The notes under the pieces: generated by a model
The model's database searches: none
What the model saw: the letters and a program-made list of their open reading frames with translations, nothing else
Told to the model about the DNA's origin: nothing
DNA from: Atractiella rhizophila
Taxonomy: Eukaryota
Direction: 5' to 3'
Length of the DNA: 42,907 nucleotides
NCBI GenBank assembly: GCA_021432655.1
Contig: MU271521.1
Span: forward strand, 7,989-50,895
In this document: one piece after another, positions 1 to 11,888 of the stretch
How positions within the stretch are numbered: position 1 is the stretch's first letter
Layout of the letters: each line of letters starts with the position of its first letter
Translations under genes and position numbers: made by a program

Positions 1-312
1 CTAAGCGTGCCGACAGAATCACAGCTCCTTGCTCTGGCCCGTGCTCTCCTCCGCAACTCGAAGATTGTTGCGTTCGACGAAGCCACGTCTTCGATTGATC
101 TCAAAACCCAATCTGTAATTCAAGATACTCTGAATACAGCCTTCAAGAACAGCACAATCATCACCATCGCTCATCGTATACAGACTGTCCTCGAACATGA
201 TCAAATTCTAGTACTTGATCAAGGTGAAATGCTGGAGTTTGGTAAGACGGAGATGTTGAAGAGGAAGGGAGGGGCATTTAGTATTTTGGCGGAAGCAAGT
301 GGGGTACACTGA
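1..312 (+). CDS. ABCC/MRP-type ABC transporter, last exon (end of NBD2); gene begins upstream of window
   Basis: ESQLLALARALLRNSKIVAFDEATSSID (Walker B/D-loop) and TIITIAHRIQTV (H-loop); stop at 310-312; paralogous to 6429-6726. Confidence 0.93.
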   Translation, partial: LSVPTESQLLALARALLRNSKIVAFDEATSSIDLKTQSVIQDTLNTAFKNSTIITIAHRIQTVLEHDQILVLDQGEMLEFGKTEMLKRKGGAFSILAEASGVH

Positions 313-670
313 ACAGATTAGTGATAGAACTACACTTTTACAGAAGAACAGGATACCTGTACTGATGCAATTCCTACACATTAATGGCTTTACTGTGATG
401 CCCACTATCTACAGGAGCAAGGCTAACGTCGTCAAGCCAAGATTACAAGTCGCGAGGTAATCTGCGTTTGATCTGGACACCGTGACTTCATGACTTCACA
501 TTACGAAAAACATCGAATATGCTGGACGGGAATGCTCTCGCAGGCCTGCAATGTGATAGTCAATAGTGGGCATGCAATCAGGGTGTAATGACACAATAAA
601 CTATCTTCTGCCTCTTGATAGCTTGATCCACCAACTCCCCAACACCAACACAACACCACAGGAAAACTCG

Positions 671-685
671 CGGACTCGGACTCGG
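671..685 (+). promoter_or_regulatory. Three direct CGG triplets (CGGactCGGactCGG), candidate Zn2Cys6 factor site upstream of the ABC gene
   Basis: Sequence seen directly ~330 nt before the ATG; function is inference. Confidence 0.3.
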
Positions 686-841
686 AGTGTATAGTACCAG
701 CGCGTTTAATTCCCAAATGCAGGTTTGCTACAACTCGTGTTTCAGCGTCAGTGTACTTCCACTGGCGAGCACGTAGCAGGACAAGAAAGACATGATAGCT
801 ATCTTTCCCGCACCCACTTGTACTTGCCCGGATCTCCAGCC

Positions 842-855
842 ATATATATATATAT
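842..855. repeat. (AT)7 microsatellite / TATA-like element
   Basis: atatatatatatat about 150 nt upstream of ATG 1007. Confidence 0.7.
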
Positions 856-1006
856 CGGCAAACTGCACAGGGAGTCAGAATGTCAATCCATCAAGCCATC
901 AAGGTTGGTTTGAAATTTATACACCGGCAACGCTCAACAGATGGCATAAAAGGGAATGAGCTAGCGGTTTTGTCAGCTAGCTGAGGTGTGAGTAATAACC
1001 GGAAGA

Positions 1007-4000
1007 ATGGGGCTCGACTTCTGTGATAACGAGTGGAGAGGCGTACGTCGTCTGTTCTTCTTCAGGATTATATAATCGTCCTGTAAGATTATCTGAGACG
1101 CGAAGAATCCAGGTCGCTATCTCCTCCTGTCGCACTTTCGACTTTACCCTCTCGTTCGAAGCGTATCTCCTGCTCCTGCTTCCCTCTGCGCTTTTCGTAC
1201 CTCTCGCAGCGGTCAGGCTCTATCGTCTTTATTCGAAACGACGCCTCGTCCCGACATGGAGCAAAAGCTCGAAGTTTGCACGCTTCGTCTTCCTGTCAAA
1301 AGCAATTGCAGGCCTTGGACTCGTTGCTGCTGCAATTACAAGCTTGGTGCTATGGAGAGATGTTCCAAATGTGGATAGTGAGACGAGCATGATAGCTGCT
1401 TTGACTGTTAGCTTGGTTGCTGCCGTAAGTCTTTTGTGTTTCACAAATCAAATCTGATGAAGCGTGAATGGACCACAGCTCTTCTCGCTCTCCATTTCAA
1501 CCCTCGAACACCTCCGCTCTCGACGGTCCTCCCTGTCCTTGTCCCTCTACCTACTGTGCAGTCTACTCTCCGAAAGTGCCCTCATTCGTACATACACCCT
1601 CACAAACCTTTCCGCGTATCCTTTCTTTGTCGCTTACTGTAGCTCCTATGGCTTCCGCCTCGCCCTTCTCCTCACAAATCAGATCGACAAACGTCCGATC
1701 CTATTGCAATTCGAGCCCTCAGCGGTGCTGTCTCCCGAAAGTACAGCGGGATTCTTCTCGAGGTTGTGTTTTGCGTGGTACTTCCCGCTCTTGTTGAAAG
1801 GGAAAAAGAAACCGTTGAACATGGAGGATTTGGGAGAGATTGATCTGAGCTTGGAGAGCGCGGGACTGTGGAAAAACGGAGCGACAACGTGGGAGAGAAT
1901 GTGGTGTGTTTGATCCATGCCTTGATATCTGGTAGTCCATGACCTGTATGTGCAGCGGAAAAGGTCGACCTCTGTTGAGGACATGTCTCGTGGCCTTTGC
2001 GCCGGCATTGGTTTCGCCTGTTATCCCAACGATTGTTAACAGCTTAGCAACAATTGCGCAGCCATTGTTGATTGGGGACTTAGTCACCTTTATCTCGTTG
2101 GTGTAACTCTAATATTTTCATTTTGCTGATGTTGCTTGCAGGTCTTATTCTTCAGACGATCCCGAGCCAGCGTATATTGGCTGGGCCCTCGTTGGAGCGT
2201 TTGCATTAGTCTTCGTTATAATAGCGATTGCAAACGGCCTTAAGCAGTTTGCTATCAACCGTGCTCAGGCTGTCCTTAGAGGATTCTTAATCGAGATGAT
2301 CTATCGAAAGACCCTTCGGCTTCACATCGAAGCTGCGACCGACATTGGAGGCGGAACAGCAGGGAATTATATGTCCGTTGACGTTGAAAGGATCGTAACC
2401 CAACAACGTGTGCTACATGGTTAGTGGTGCGACCCATACGCTGAGCAAGTCTAACCAGAGTCATAGATTTCTACTCCGTTCTCGTTGTCATAGCCATTGG
2501 TCTGGTCATCCTCTACAACCAGGTCAAATACGCATTTATTGCGCCGCTGGTTGGCACTCTAATTTCTTTCCTCCTCATCCCTATCCTTTCGAGACATGCC
2601 GGGAAAGCCCAAGCCGCTTGGAGCGGTTGTATTGACCAAAGGACGAAACTGGTGGCTTCAGCGATTAGGAATATAAAGGGAATTAAACTAGGAGCGTACA
2701 ATGATACCATTGCGAGAAAAATTACAGCGCTGAGGGCGGAGGAAATGAAGGCGTATAAATATTTTGCAATCCAGATTTGGAAGACAGCTGTGGCTACGAG
2801 TAAGCTTTTCCTTAGCTTAAATGATTCCAACCAATTGAAATGTAGACTGGAGCGCAAATTTCTTGACTCTCTGTACTTTGACGTGATGAGTCCAATCCAC
2901 CCTGACTTCTTTCACTCATTGAACCAACCACAGAGCATTTGGAGTCGCGTCTCTCGTTTCGGACGATCCTGCGTACAACCTTTCGACTTCCAAGCTATTT
3001 ACAGTGATCGCAACGCTGCAAATTATTTCTGAGCCTCTCTTGATGGTTGGGCAAAGTTATAGCAACATTCAAGCTGGATTTGTCAGTCTCAGACGGATAG
3101 AGGTGAGTTATTTATTTGATAGGAATCCCAATGGGAATCTCAGTGGGATTGATGAGGGTAACTAGACTCTGCTGTTGAAAGAGGAAAAGAAGCTGCTAGA
3201 TATGGAGGTGAAGGAATATGAGAAAGACTCATCCTGCGTGAAAGTGGATAAGGCAGCATTTCAGTTGAGCGGCAAGAAACTTTTAAGAAGCATCTCGATG
3301 ACCTGCTTAACTGGGACTCTGACGATGGTCATTGGTCGCGTTGCCGCAGTGAGTCTTGTTCAACCTTTCGCCCTAATTTTTGTTCAATGTAGATCATATT
3401 GCACAGGGAAAGAGCCTTCTTCTGCAAGCTCTGCTTGGAGAGATGGACATCTCAGAAGGCCGGATGACAAGCATCGCTGGGCGACGAGTTGGATACTGCT
3501 CTCAGGACACATGGCTTCGACCTGCTGAAAGCATCAAGGATAACATTGAATTTCTTTCACCCCCCGATGCTGATCTTTACAGCAAGGTTATTCGTGCTGT
3601 TGCACTCGATGTAGATCTCAAAGTTCGTTTCAACGTTCGATATCACGACCCTGACAGCTATTAGGTCATGCACAAAGGGGACAACACGCCTGCCAGCAGT
3701 TTGTCTGGCGGCCAGAAAGTCAGAAAGTTTCTAACCCCAGAAACCTTTAGCTAAATTATATCTGCTGAAGGCTCGCGTCGCGCTCGCCCGTCTCCTCTAC
3801 GCGCAAGTCGACGTTGCTTTACTGGACGACGTGTTTTCAGCTTTGGACGCAACGACAGAAACACATGTCTTTGAAAGTTTGTTTGGACCTGAAGGGTTGT
3901 TGAAAGGAAAGACAGTAATCATGGTCACGAATGGAGGTCTGTCCGCCACATCTCATCCGGTGAAATGGTGGATGACGCTAGAGTTACAGTCCATCGTCTC

Positions 4001-6726
4001 AGAACCGCAGATTCGGTTGTCATGATGGAGGAGTGCACTGTTGTCGAGCAAGGCACCTGTACGGAACTGTTGGAGAGAGAGGGAGCCACATTTCGCTTCA
4101 TTGCAGATTTCATAGCTACCTCCACTTCAAACGACGATTTAAGTGTGAAAAAAGACGGATCTACTGGCAACGAGATTACCTATGCCCCCTCATCAAAGAG
4201 TGAGGAAGACAATGAAGAAGATGAGGAGCTGCAGATCAAACAGATCGGAGTGAGCTTCGCCTGACCAATGTTTTTAAAGCTTAACACTCTTACGCAGCCA
4301 TCAACCTACTGGTTCTACTTCGGTGCTGGCGGCGTAATAGCCTTTGTGGTTCACATTGGCACCCAACTAATCGCTGTGTAAGGTGGATCTATCAATCGTC
4401 CATCCAATCTAACCTCCGCGACTCCACAGAGCGGTGTTGTCAACAATTCCCATATACCAGCAAGCTTGGTCAAAAACGAGTGACCCGAAAGGAACGCTCG
4501 GTTCATTTCTAGGTGGATACGCAGGCATTGAAGTTGCCTATCTCATCGCCTTTTCGATCACAGTCTACTATACGGTTATTACTTTTCAGTGCAAGGTGAC
4601 GCCAATAATTCATAAGAAAGTACTCGTCGGTGTTTTAAAGTACGTTTCGTTTGTCTTCCTTTTGCTTCGTTCTAATCTTCTTTACAGTGCAAAAATGATT
4701 TTCTTCGGTTCGTGGAAGGAGTAGTCACTGTGTCCAAACTCTGAAATGCTTGCAGATACGAACAGTTTTGGCAAAATTATCAATCGTTTCAGTCAAGATT
4801 TCTTCGTATTAGAGTATGTTTCAATATTGCTCTGTGGCGCTCCTTTCATTGATACGCAGTTGGGAGCTCCCCCTTGCCGTGCTCAACACAACGTTTGCAG
4901 CCCTCACAATTGTGGGATCAGTCATTCTGATCACGGTTTCCGTCCCTCACATCATCATTGTCTTCGTGTTTGCTGCCGTCGTGTTCAACTACATCCGCAC
5001 ATTTTACGCTGTACGAGCTCTTTTCAGGTCAGAGCATTGACTAATATCACGTTCAGCACACAAGTCGCATGCTTCGTAGGTGCTTACATATGAAGCTGAC
5101 TTTCGCTGACCGTCAATAGGCCGCCTAGATATGGGAAGCAAGTCACCGCTCTACTCTTTGTTTAATGAGAGGCAAGCTTTACAAGTCGCCAGAGGTTCAT
5201 ACTGATTATTGGACAGCATCGATCCAAACGGCTTGCGAACTATTCGAGCATTTTCTGGAGAAGGCACTCTTCTTAGACTGAATACTTCGTTGACCAACAC
5301 ATCTCAAAAGCCCTACTTCCTTCTCAATGTGGCTCGCCGATGGCTCACCACCAACGCTTCCTTGATATCCACTCTCATCAATTTGGTACTGGTAGTCCTC
5401 GCGGTCACTTTGAGGAAGAGCAGCTCTGCCGCATTAGTCGCCGTCGCTTTGGTTCAAGCAACGAACCTTACAAGTATGCTTAATCACTTGCTCTTGTGCG
5501 TGTCACTTGCTTCCAGAATGACTCTGCTGAAGTTGTGGTTCTCGAAGCTCTTTAACGGATGCTGAAATACTCATTATCGCCATGGAACGACTGAAGTCAT
5601 TTGCGTGAGCTTCAGTTCCAGCATCTTGTAGTGAAAGTGCATTCATGCACAGTGCAGTGAGCTATCCCCCGAACAAGAGACTCTCCCCTCTTCATCAGAT
5701 TCAAGCCCCTCTTCGTCACGGTTAAGTCTGAAAGACTGGCCCACGGAAGGCTCCGTATCATTCCACAAGGCTTCAGTTCGATATCGACCAGAGATGCCGC
5801 CAGCGTTGAAGAGCTTGACATTCCGGATAACTGGGGGAGAAAGCTTGGGTGTTTGTGGGAGAAGCGGTAGCGGTACGTCCAGTCATCTATTCCCTGTCAG
5901 AAATGCTGAGACCTCGAGGTGAGCTAGGCAAGTCGACGCTTCTCAACGCGCTCTTCAAGCTGTTGTCGGTGGATGAAGGGGGCTCAATTTCGAGTGAGGA
6001 GGTCATCATGCCGTGCACCAGCTGATGTGGGAGTAGTTGATGGCGTGGACATCTCCACCATTTCACTCCAGCAGTTGCGTTCGAATATGACTATCATCCC
6101 TCAAGGCATTTCGCTCCATTTTAGCCAACCCATCGTGCTCATGCAGGAACTCTAGATCCCATGATGATAGAACTCAGCCTGCGGGAAAATCTTGATCTAG
6201 AAGGACATAGGACAGATGCAGAAATCTGGAAAGCACTGGAGCGTTGCCAGGTAGGCTTTTTAACGTCACGAAGAGCAAAAGTGATCATAGCGCCAGATCA
6301 AAGAAGCAGTTGAACGCCTGCCCGAGAAACTCGATACAGTAATCAAGGAAGGAGCAAGCTTCTCGCGAGGCGGTAAGCTTAATCTTTCAGCTTCCGTCTC
6401 TGTTATTGAACTAAATGGCACCCACAGAGTCCCAGCTTTTGGCTCTCGCTCGTGCTCTTCTCCGTAACTCAAAGATCGTTGCGTTCGACGAAGCCACGTC
6501 TTCGATTGATCTCAAAACCCAATCTGTAATTCAAGACACTCTGAATACAGCCTTCAAGGACAGCACAATCATCACCATCGCTCATCGTATACAGACTGTC
6601 CTCGAACACGATCAAATTATGGTCCTAGATCATGGCGACATTGTGGAGTTTGGGAGGACCGGAACATTATTAGGGACTGAGAATGGGGCTTTCAGAAGGC
6701 TCGCAGAAGCCAGCAACGCCCACTGA
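1007..6726 (+). CDS. Full-length ABCC/MRP-type ABC transporter (TMD0-TMD1-NBD1-TMD2-NBD2), more than 20 short introns
   Basis: Spliced: MGLDFCDNEWRG|VAISSCRTFDFTLSFE; SPESTAGFFSRLCFAW; NBD1 GRVAA|GKS, LSGGQK|ARVALAR, LLDDVFSALD; TMD2 GKIINRFSQD, GLRTIRAF; NBD2 GRSGS|GKST, FSRG|ESQLLALAR, FDEATSSID. Confidence 0.93.
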
Positions 6727-6998
6727 CCAAGCCAGGCGTCGGAATGTACATAGTCGACGCTGTTTACGAATACCTCACGATGCAAAATGTAGTACACACC
6801 TGGTTACAGGCATATGCACTTGTAACCATCTCACCCTTTCGAGCAGTTCTGTGCTGCTGAGGACGGAAAACACTGAAGATTTTGGAATGCTAAGGAGACA
6901 GCGAAGTATAAATGATTAGGGTTGTGCGTCAGGTCGCAGAACTCCAACAAGATACATTCCCACTGACTAGACCAACCAATAAAATGCGCACCCGTGCC

Positions 6999-7508
6999 TT
7001 AAATGACCCTTGGTGCAAGCGCAACAACCTTGCCCCATCCCCTCTCCCTCACTTCCCGACTAATAGGCCCATAAATACGATTCCCAATCATCTCCTTCTT
7101 ATTATTGATCATTACGCAGGCATTATCGTCCCACCGTATACTGCTGCCATCGGCCCTTTTCGTCTCATATTTTGTACGCACAATAATGGCGTGCCGGACA
7201 TCACCACGTTTGAGCTTGGGAGCGGAGGCAGCAGAAGAGAGAGCGGTAGAAGCAGGTGCCGGACGAGCGCGTTTCACCACAGCGACGATTTCATCACCTG
7301 TTAAAGTTCGAGACGTCCCCAAGAGTCAGAAAAAGATAAAAAGACACACCTATACGCCCGTGTCCCAAAGACGACTTGAATTTCAGGACACGAATGCATT
7401 CGACCTGCATGGCACCGGAGTTGTCGATGCAATTCTGTCACAGTTTCCTTAGTTATTTCTCGGAGACCTAGAGAGCATGCTTACTATCACGCTCTTGAGT
7501 CCAATCAT
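6999..7508 (-). CDS. MRPL38: Mitochondrial ribosomal protein uL14m, 3 exons
   Basis: MIGLKSVI|NCIDNSGAMQVECIRVLK...GRIG|DEIVAVVK...KRGDVRHAIIVRTK...WDDNACVMIN...GNRIYGPISRE. Confidence 0.95.
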
Positions 7509-7706
7509 GAGTTAAAGCTGCACTTGTAGACGAGTCGGTGCCAAAAGTTAGGTTTACGCTGTTTAGTATTTTGAGCAAAAAATTTGAAAAACGTTTCGAT
7601 TTCCCTTGTTTGACAATGAAAGGCAAACCAGATCGAATCAGGCAGTCCAACCAATAAGTGAACTAAGTGCAAAGACACTGTGAAGTCCTCCCGGCTGCCA
7701 TTTGTG

Positions 7707-8271
7707 ATGGCCTCTCTCAGGTTCTGCCAAGAATGGTGAGTCCTCTTTAACTTGTGTTGTCGCGAACAAACGGTCTCCTTGCCACAGTAACAACTTGCTT
7801 TATCCAAAAGCAGACAAAGTGCACAGTGTCCTCCTCTACGCTTGTCACAGGTGTAACTACAACGAAGAGACGCTGAATAACTGCGTCTATCGCAATGATT
7901 TAAAGCGGGAAACTAAGTTCGTGATAATCATTTTCGCCACTCACCAGCAGTAGATTCTGAAGTTTGAAATGTGAACAGAGAGAACGCTGGAGCAACTCAA
8001 GATCTTGCCTCTGATCCTACTCTCCCAAGGAGCAATGTCCCTTGCATAAAATGTGGGAATGAGGAGACTGTTTTCTTTCAGGATCAGAGCAAGAGGGATA
8101 AGACGAGAATGATCCTTTTTCACGTTTGCACACGGTACGCCCAATTCAGTTATGCTATCTTGAAAGAGCCTCTGTCTTAGATTGAGCAGATGTCATGAAA
8201 CCTTTCAGGATCCTACTGCTCTGAGAAAGAAAGGCGAGGATGATATGGAAGAGGATATGAATGTTCTGTGA
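7707..8271 (+). CDS. RPB9: RNA polymerase II subunit RPB9, 4 exons
   Basis: MASLRFCQEC|NNLLYPK...LLYACHRCNY; DLASDPTLPRS..CIKC..VFFQ...LFHVCTR|CHETF (two zinc ribbons). Confidence 0.95.
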
Positions 8272-8571
8272 AACAACTTTCTACGTTCTCGGCATGTTTG
8301 TCTATCTTAGGTTACCTTGCTGATGCAATTAATCAAGCCGAGAGAGGATTGACATGAATTACTGGTGTCCAGATCTAAGGTCACGTTGTAGTGTGGCACC
8401 AAGACGAGTTGTTGATAAAGGTCCACTGCTCAACGATCAACTGTGGTAGCCACAGAATAGTTGCAATGGAGCCTCGCAATTTCTCGACGAATACCGAGAT
8501 TACAGTAAGCAATTGCATTGTTTCGCATCACCAATCTGTTACTACTCTGTTGTACAACACCAGGACAAATA

Positions 8572-10801
8572 TTAGATCCCAAAAGCAACCCTATTGTACC
8601 TTCCGCCTCTCTTCGCGGTCCCAGCAACCCATGCTTCCTGGCGAGAAAGCACATAAAAGATTAAACTAAGTTTGCCTGTCCCTCCCACCATCGGCATAGT
8701 CTGGACACTCTCTTCATTTATTGGAGGAACCTCCGTCGCCGTTACTCCGCCGTTCTCCATTCCATCGTATCGAAAAGCACAATACCCGCCAGTCGTACCT
8801 TTAGGAACGAACAAACGGGCAGCGAAATGTTTTGTCGATTCAAGATAGTAGATAGCTCCCAAAAATGTGTATGTCCAACGTTTGTTGTCTCCACGGTCCT
8901 TGATACGGATCGAATAGCGAGGATAGTACGGGGAGCTACCAACACTGAGAAGCACGACGGAAGGGACAGGAGAGTCAGTTAGGTCCTTCTCTAACCGAAG
9001 GTCAATGGGGGGAGCGTTCGGGTTTCGGAGGTAATGGTGGATTGCTCTCGAGATTGGATGCCGTTGTTCAGGTTGAGAAATAAGGTGTTCTGCAAGCTGA
9101 GCAGCACTGATGAATTCTCCGACCTCCACTTCCAAGGCCTCGGCAACACTAGCTCTCCAGTTGTCCCGCGCAGCTGAAGCAATTTGCTGTCGAGTTTTCT
9201 CCACAAATCTTCGATCTGTGCTTTCTATCCATGTCTTGAGGGAGGCGATGGAATCATCGTCATCGTCGCCTGAGGAATTGCCTGAGGTGCCAACCCCCAT
9301 ATCAAGTCGCATGTTTTTCCATGCTGGCTGCGGGAGGACGGAGCAGCCATGTTGGAAAATAGCGAATATACAATCGTAAGCGCAAGAATTTCGATCCCAC
9401 TTGGGACCTTGCATCGTTTTCACCTGGACGTCTGACCCTGATCCTTCTTGTTGTCGCCGTTTCCGTTTTGTCAGCGAAGCCGTGTCGAGTTTGCGCTTCT
9501 TGCTAGCGATGAGAACCGTTGGCTCTGGTTCAGTAAGAAGGGTCGGAGCGTCGTTCGGAGCGGTAGAATGGTGAATATTCGATGGATGCTCGATTGGGGG
9601 AACCAGTGGAGGAACTTCAACACCAACTGTGAGGACTTTCGACGATGTGGGATATTTCGGTAAAGAGGGATTGAGAGGAGTAGCCGAGGAATGAAGAACG
9701 TGGTCGTGTGATAGAAATGTTTCCTTCGCTGTCGAATAGGACGTTGAAGAACTGGGTGATGCTGGAGGACTACTGCGACGGTACTCATAAGACGACAGCA
9801 TCTCCTTCTGCTGTTCAGGTGGTGGATTTTCTTCTGTGGGTGCGGGCGGAGGGGTATTTGGTAGAACATCGTCGTCAGCTAGTTGTCGACCTTCACTACG
9901 AAACATGATTGTTCCTTGAGCAGCGGTAGAAGGAGTTTTTCTTGCTGGTGTGATCCATTGTGCGAATGTGGCGGTAAGCCAAGAATTGTTCGGAGGAGCG
10001 AGAGATATCGGTTCTCTACGCGCAAGACTCGCGAGAAGATCCAGAGAGGGCGGAGGGAATCTAAAAATTCTTGTCGGACCCCAATTTTGCATTAAATATT
10101 GGCCACGACCGTCTCTCTCCCAGCTGGGTCGGAAGTTGTTGATCATATGTCTGTGAAAGACATAGAAAGGAAAATTGGAGCTGTTCACCTGCGTATCTGT
10201 TTTGATTTCGGCAGCTTCTGGATCTCGAAGGTAAGTGTGATCGGAAGTGTCGAGGAGTTTGCGTATTATTCGGTCAGGTAGAGCAAGAGCGAATATAGGA
10301 ACACCGTTGCCAACACCCCGACTGCTATCAGGGCGAACGATGGGATGGACACCAAAGTCATAAAACGCAGTTGCACAAGCGCGTAAGTAACGCCAGCGTG
10401 AGACTAGTTCATTGGGGGAGCAAAATGGCGCGACGTTCAGATCGTAGGCGTATTGTCGAATCTGGTTTTCTTCATCCAGAACCGCTAATGTTGGGACAAG
10501 GTAGAAGTCGTCCACTATCAAAGCTGATCAACATGCTTATCCAGAAGTTTCCGTCAAAGAGCCTACATTGACCAAAAAACAGATTCATAACCGCATTCTG
10601 GGCGGCTGAAAATCGATAATCATCTTTCTCTGACTCTTCCAAACCTTCAAATATCCTTGCAGCTTCTTCACGGTCTAGATTTCCCCCTTGTTTTCGGTAT
10701 AACCATTGAAGTACGTCAACGGGGTTAGTGGGTCGTTTGGCTGGTAGTTCCACTGTCAATGCCTCCCAATCGGATTGTGTAACCGTGTAAAAGGCATCCA
10801 T
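8572..10801 (-). CDS. Uncharacterised ~710 aa protein: putative HMG-box-like N-terminus, Pro/Ser-rich linker, basic NLS, C-terminal USP/papain-like cysteine protease domain; 5' end uncertain
   Basis: ORFs 10472-10801 and 8572-10521 join in frame through a GTAGGC...AG intron (10566-10515); motifs KRPTNP...LEESEKDDYR, KKRK/KRKRR, WDRNSCAYDC, YTFLGAIYY..KHFAARL..FRYDGM, LIFY. Confidence 0.7.
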
Positions 10802-11888
10802 CAGCGTTCAAGTTGTGTCGACCAGTAAGTACCAGCAAGAGCGGAGAGACCGTCGTTGAAGCTGGCAGGAATAGGTTTCAGCCTTCCTTTGAGGCCAGTT
10901 ATGCGAATACCGGAGGCGACCGACGTGAGATTCGGACCCATCAACCAGTGTCAAAGTACGCCAACAAATTAACACCCAGCCTTGTGGTTGAAGTTTGCGA
11001 AATCCCTGTGAAGTGACAAAGGTCGGGTACTCTGCGGAATTAGAACAGAATAGGCATCAGTCAAGCATCAACTATGGTTAATGAATGACATCTCTCTCTT
11101 GAAATTTGCGCACTTTCCACCAAACTACCATGCGGGTGAACAGCTCAAACTCAAAGACTGCGTCGAACAGCACCCATTAGTCCTCGATCTTCGTGCAGAC
11201 CACTCAAGCACGGCGGCTTCAGGAAAGCACAAATTATTGCAGGATTTAGCATGGGCATCATTCGGCTCTGAATACTTCCACTTTAGTGGAACGTCTGCTC
11301 GATTGGTCGACTAGTTCGCCTGGCGCATTGACCTGAAGCAGCCGTTTCCGTCCTCATTTCTAAGACTCTCATACTCATGCAATGCTAGAATCGAGCGTTC
11401 AAAATAAGCTATAAAGCGAATACATTCCCATTGTGTATTCCACAGGAATCCGCCTCCTTTAAAGCTGAATGTCAGGAGGATAAGGAAATTGAAGGCTTGC
11501 ACCACTCAGCACGAGTAACTGTATGCGCAATTGATACCGACGCGTTTATGCCAGAGAGCTTACGAAAGAAGCCGCGGAACGCTTTGTGTAATATAAAAAA
11601 ATCATACATAACGCTCAGTCAGACAATTTGCGTTCTGGATAGCGTTTCACATCAATAATCAAAGAGATCAAACACCCGTAATAATATGAGGAATGAGGCA
11701 CGCACCACCAAGTCCTAGGGCCTTTTGGATAGCCTTTTACCTCGATTTCAACACTTTCCGCTCCTTCAGAGTGCACCTTAGGAGGCCATGAATGTTTAGC
11801 GACTCCAAGATTGTCGTTGAAGCTCAATAGACAACCTTGTAAGGGAAAAATGCGACCGCATCTAACACAACCAACAACTTTGGGAGAA

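Noticed and set aside
10472..10566. Apparent frameshift between two minus-strand ORFs (programmed frameshift or pseudogene)
   Set aside because: An ordinary GT-AG intron of 43 or 52 nt restores the frame
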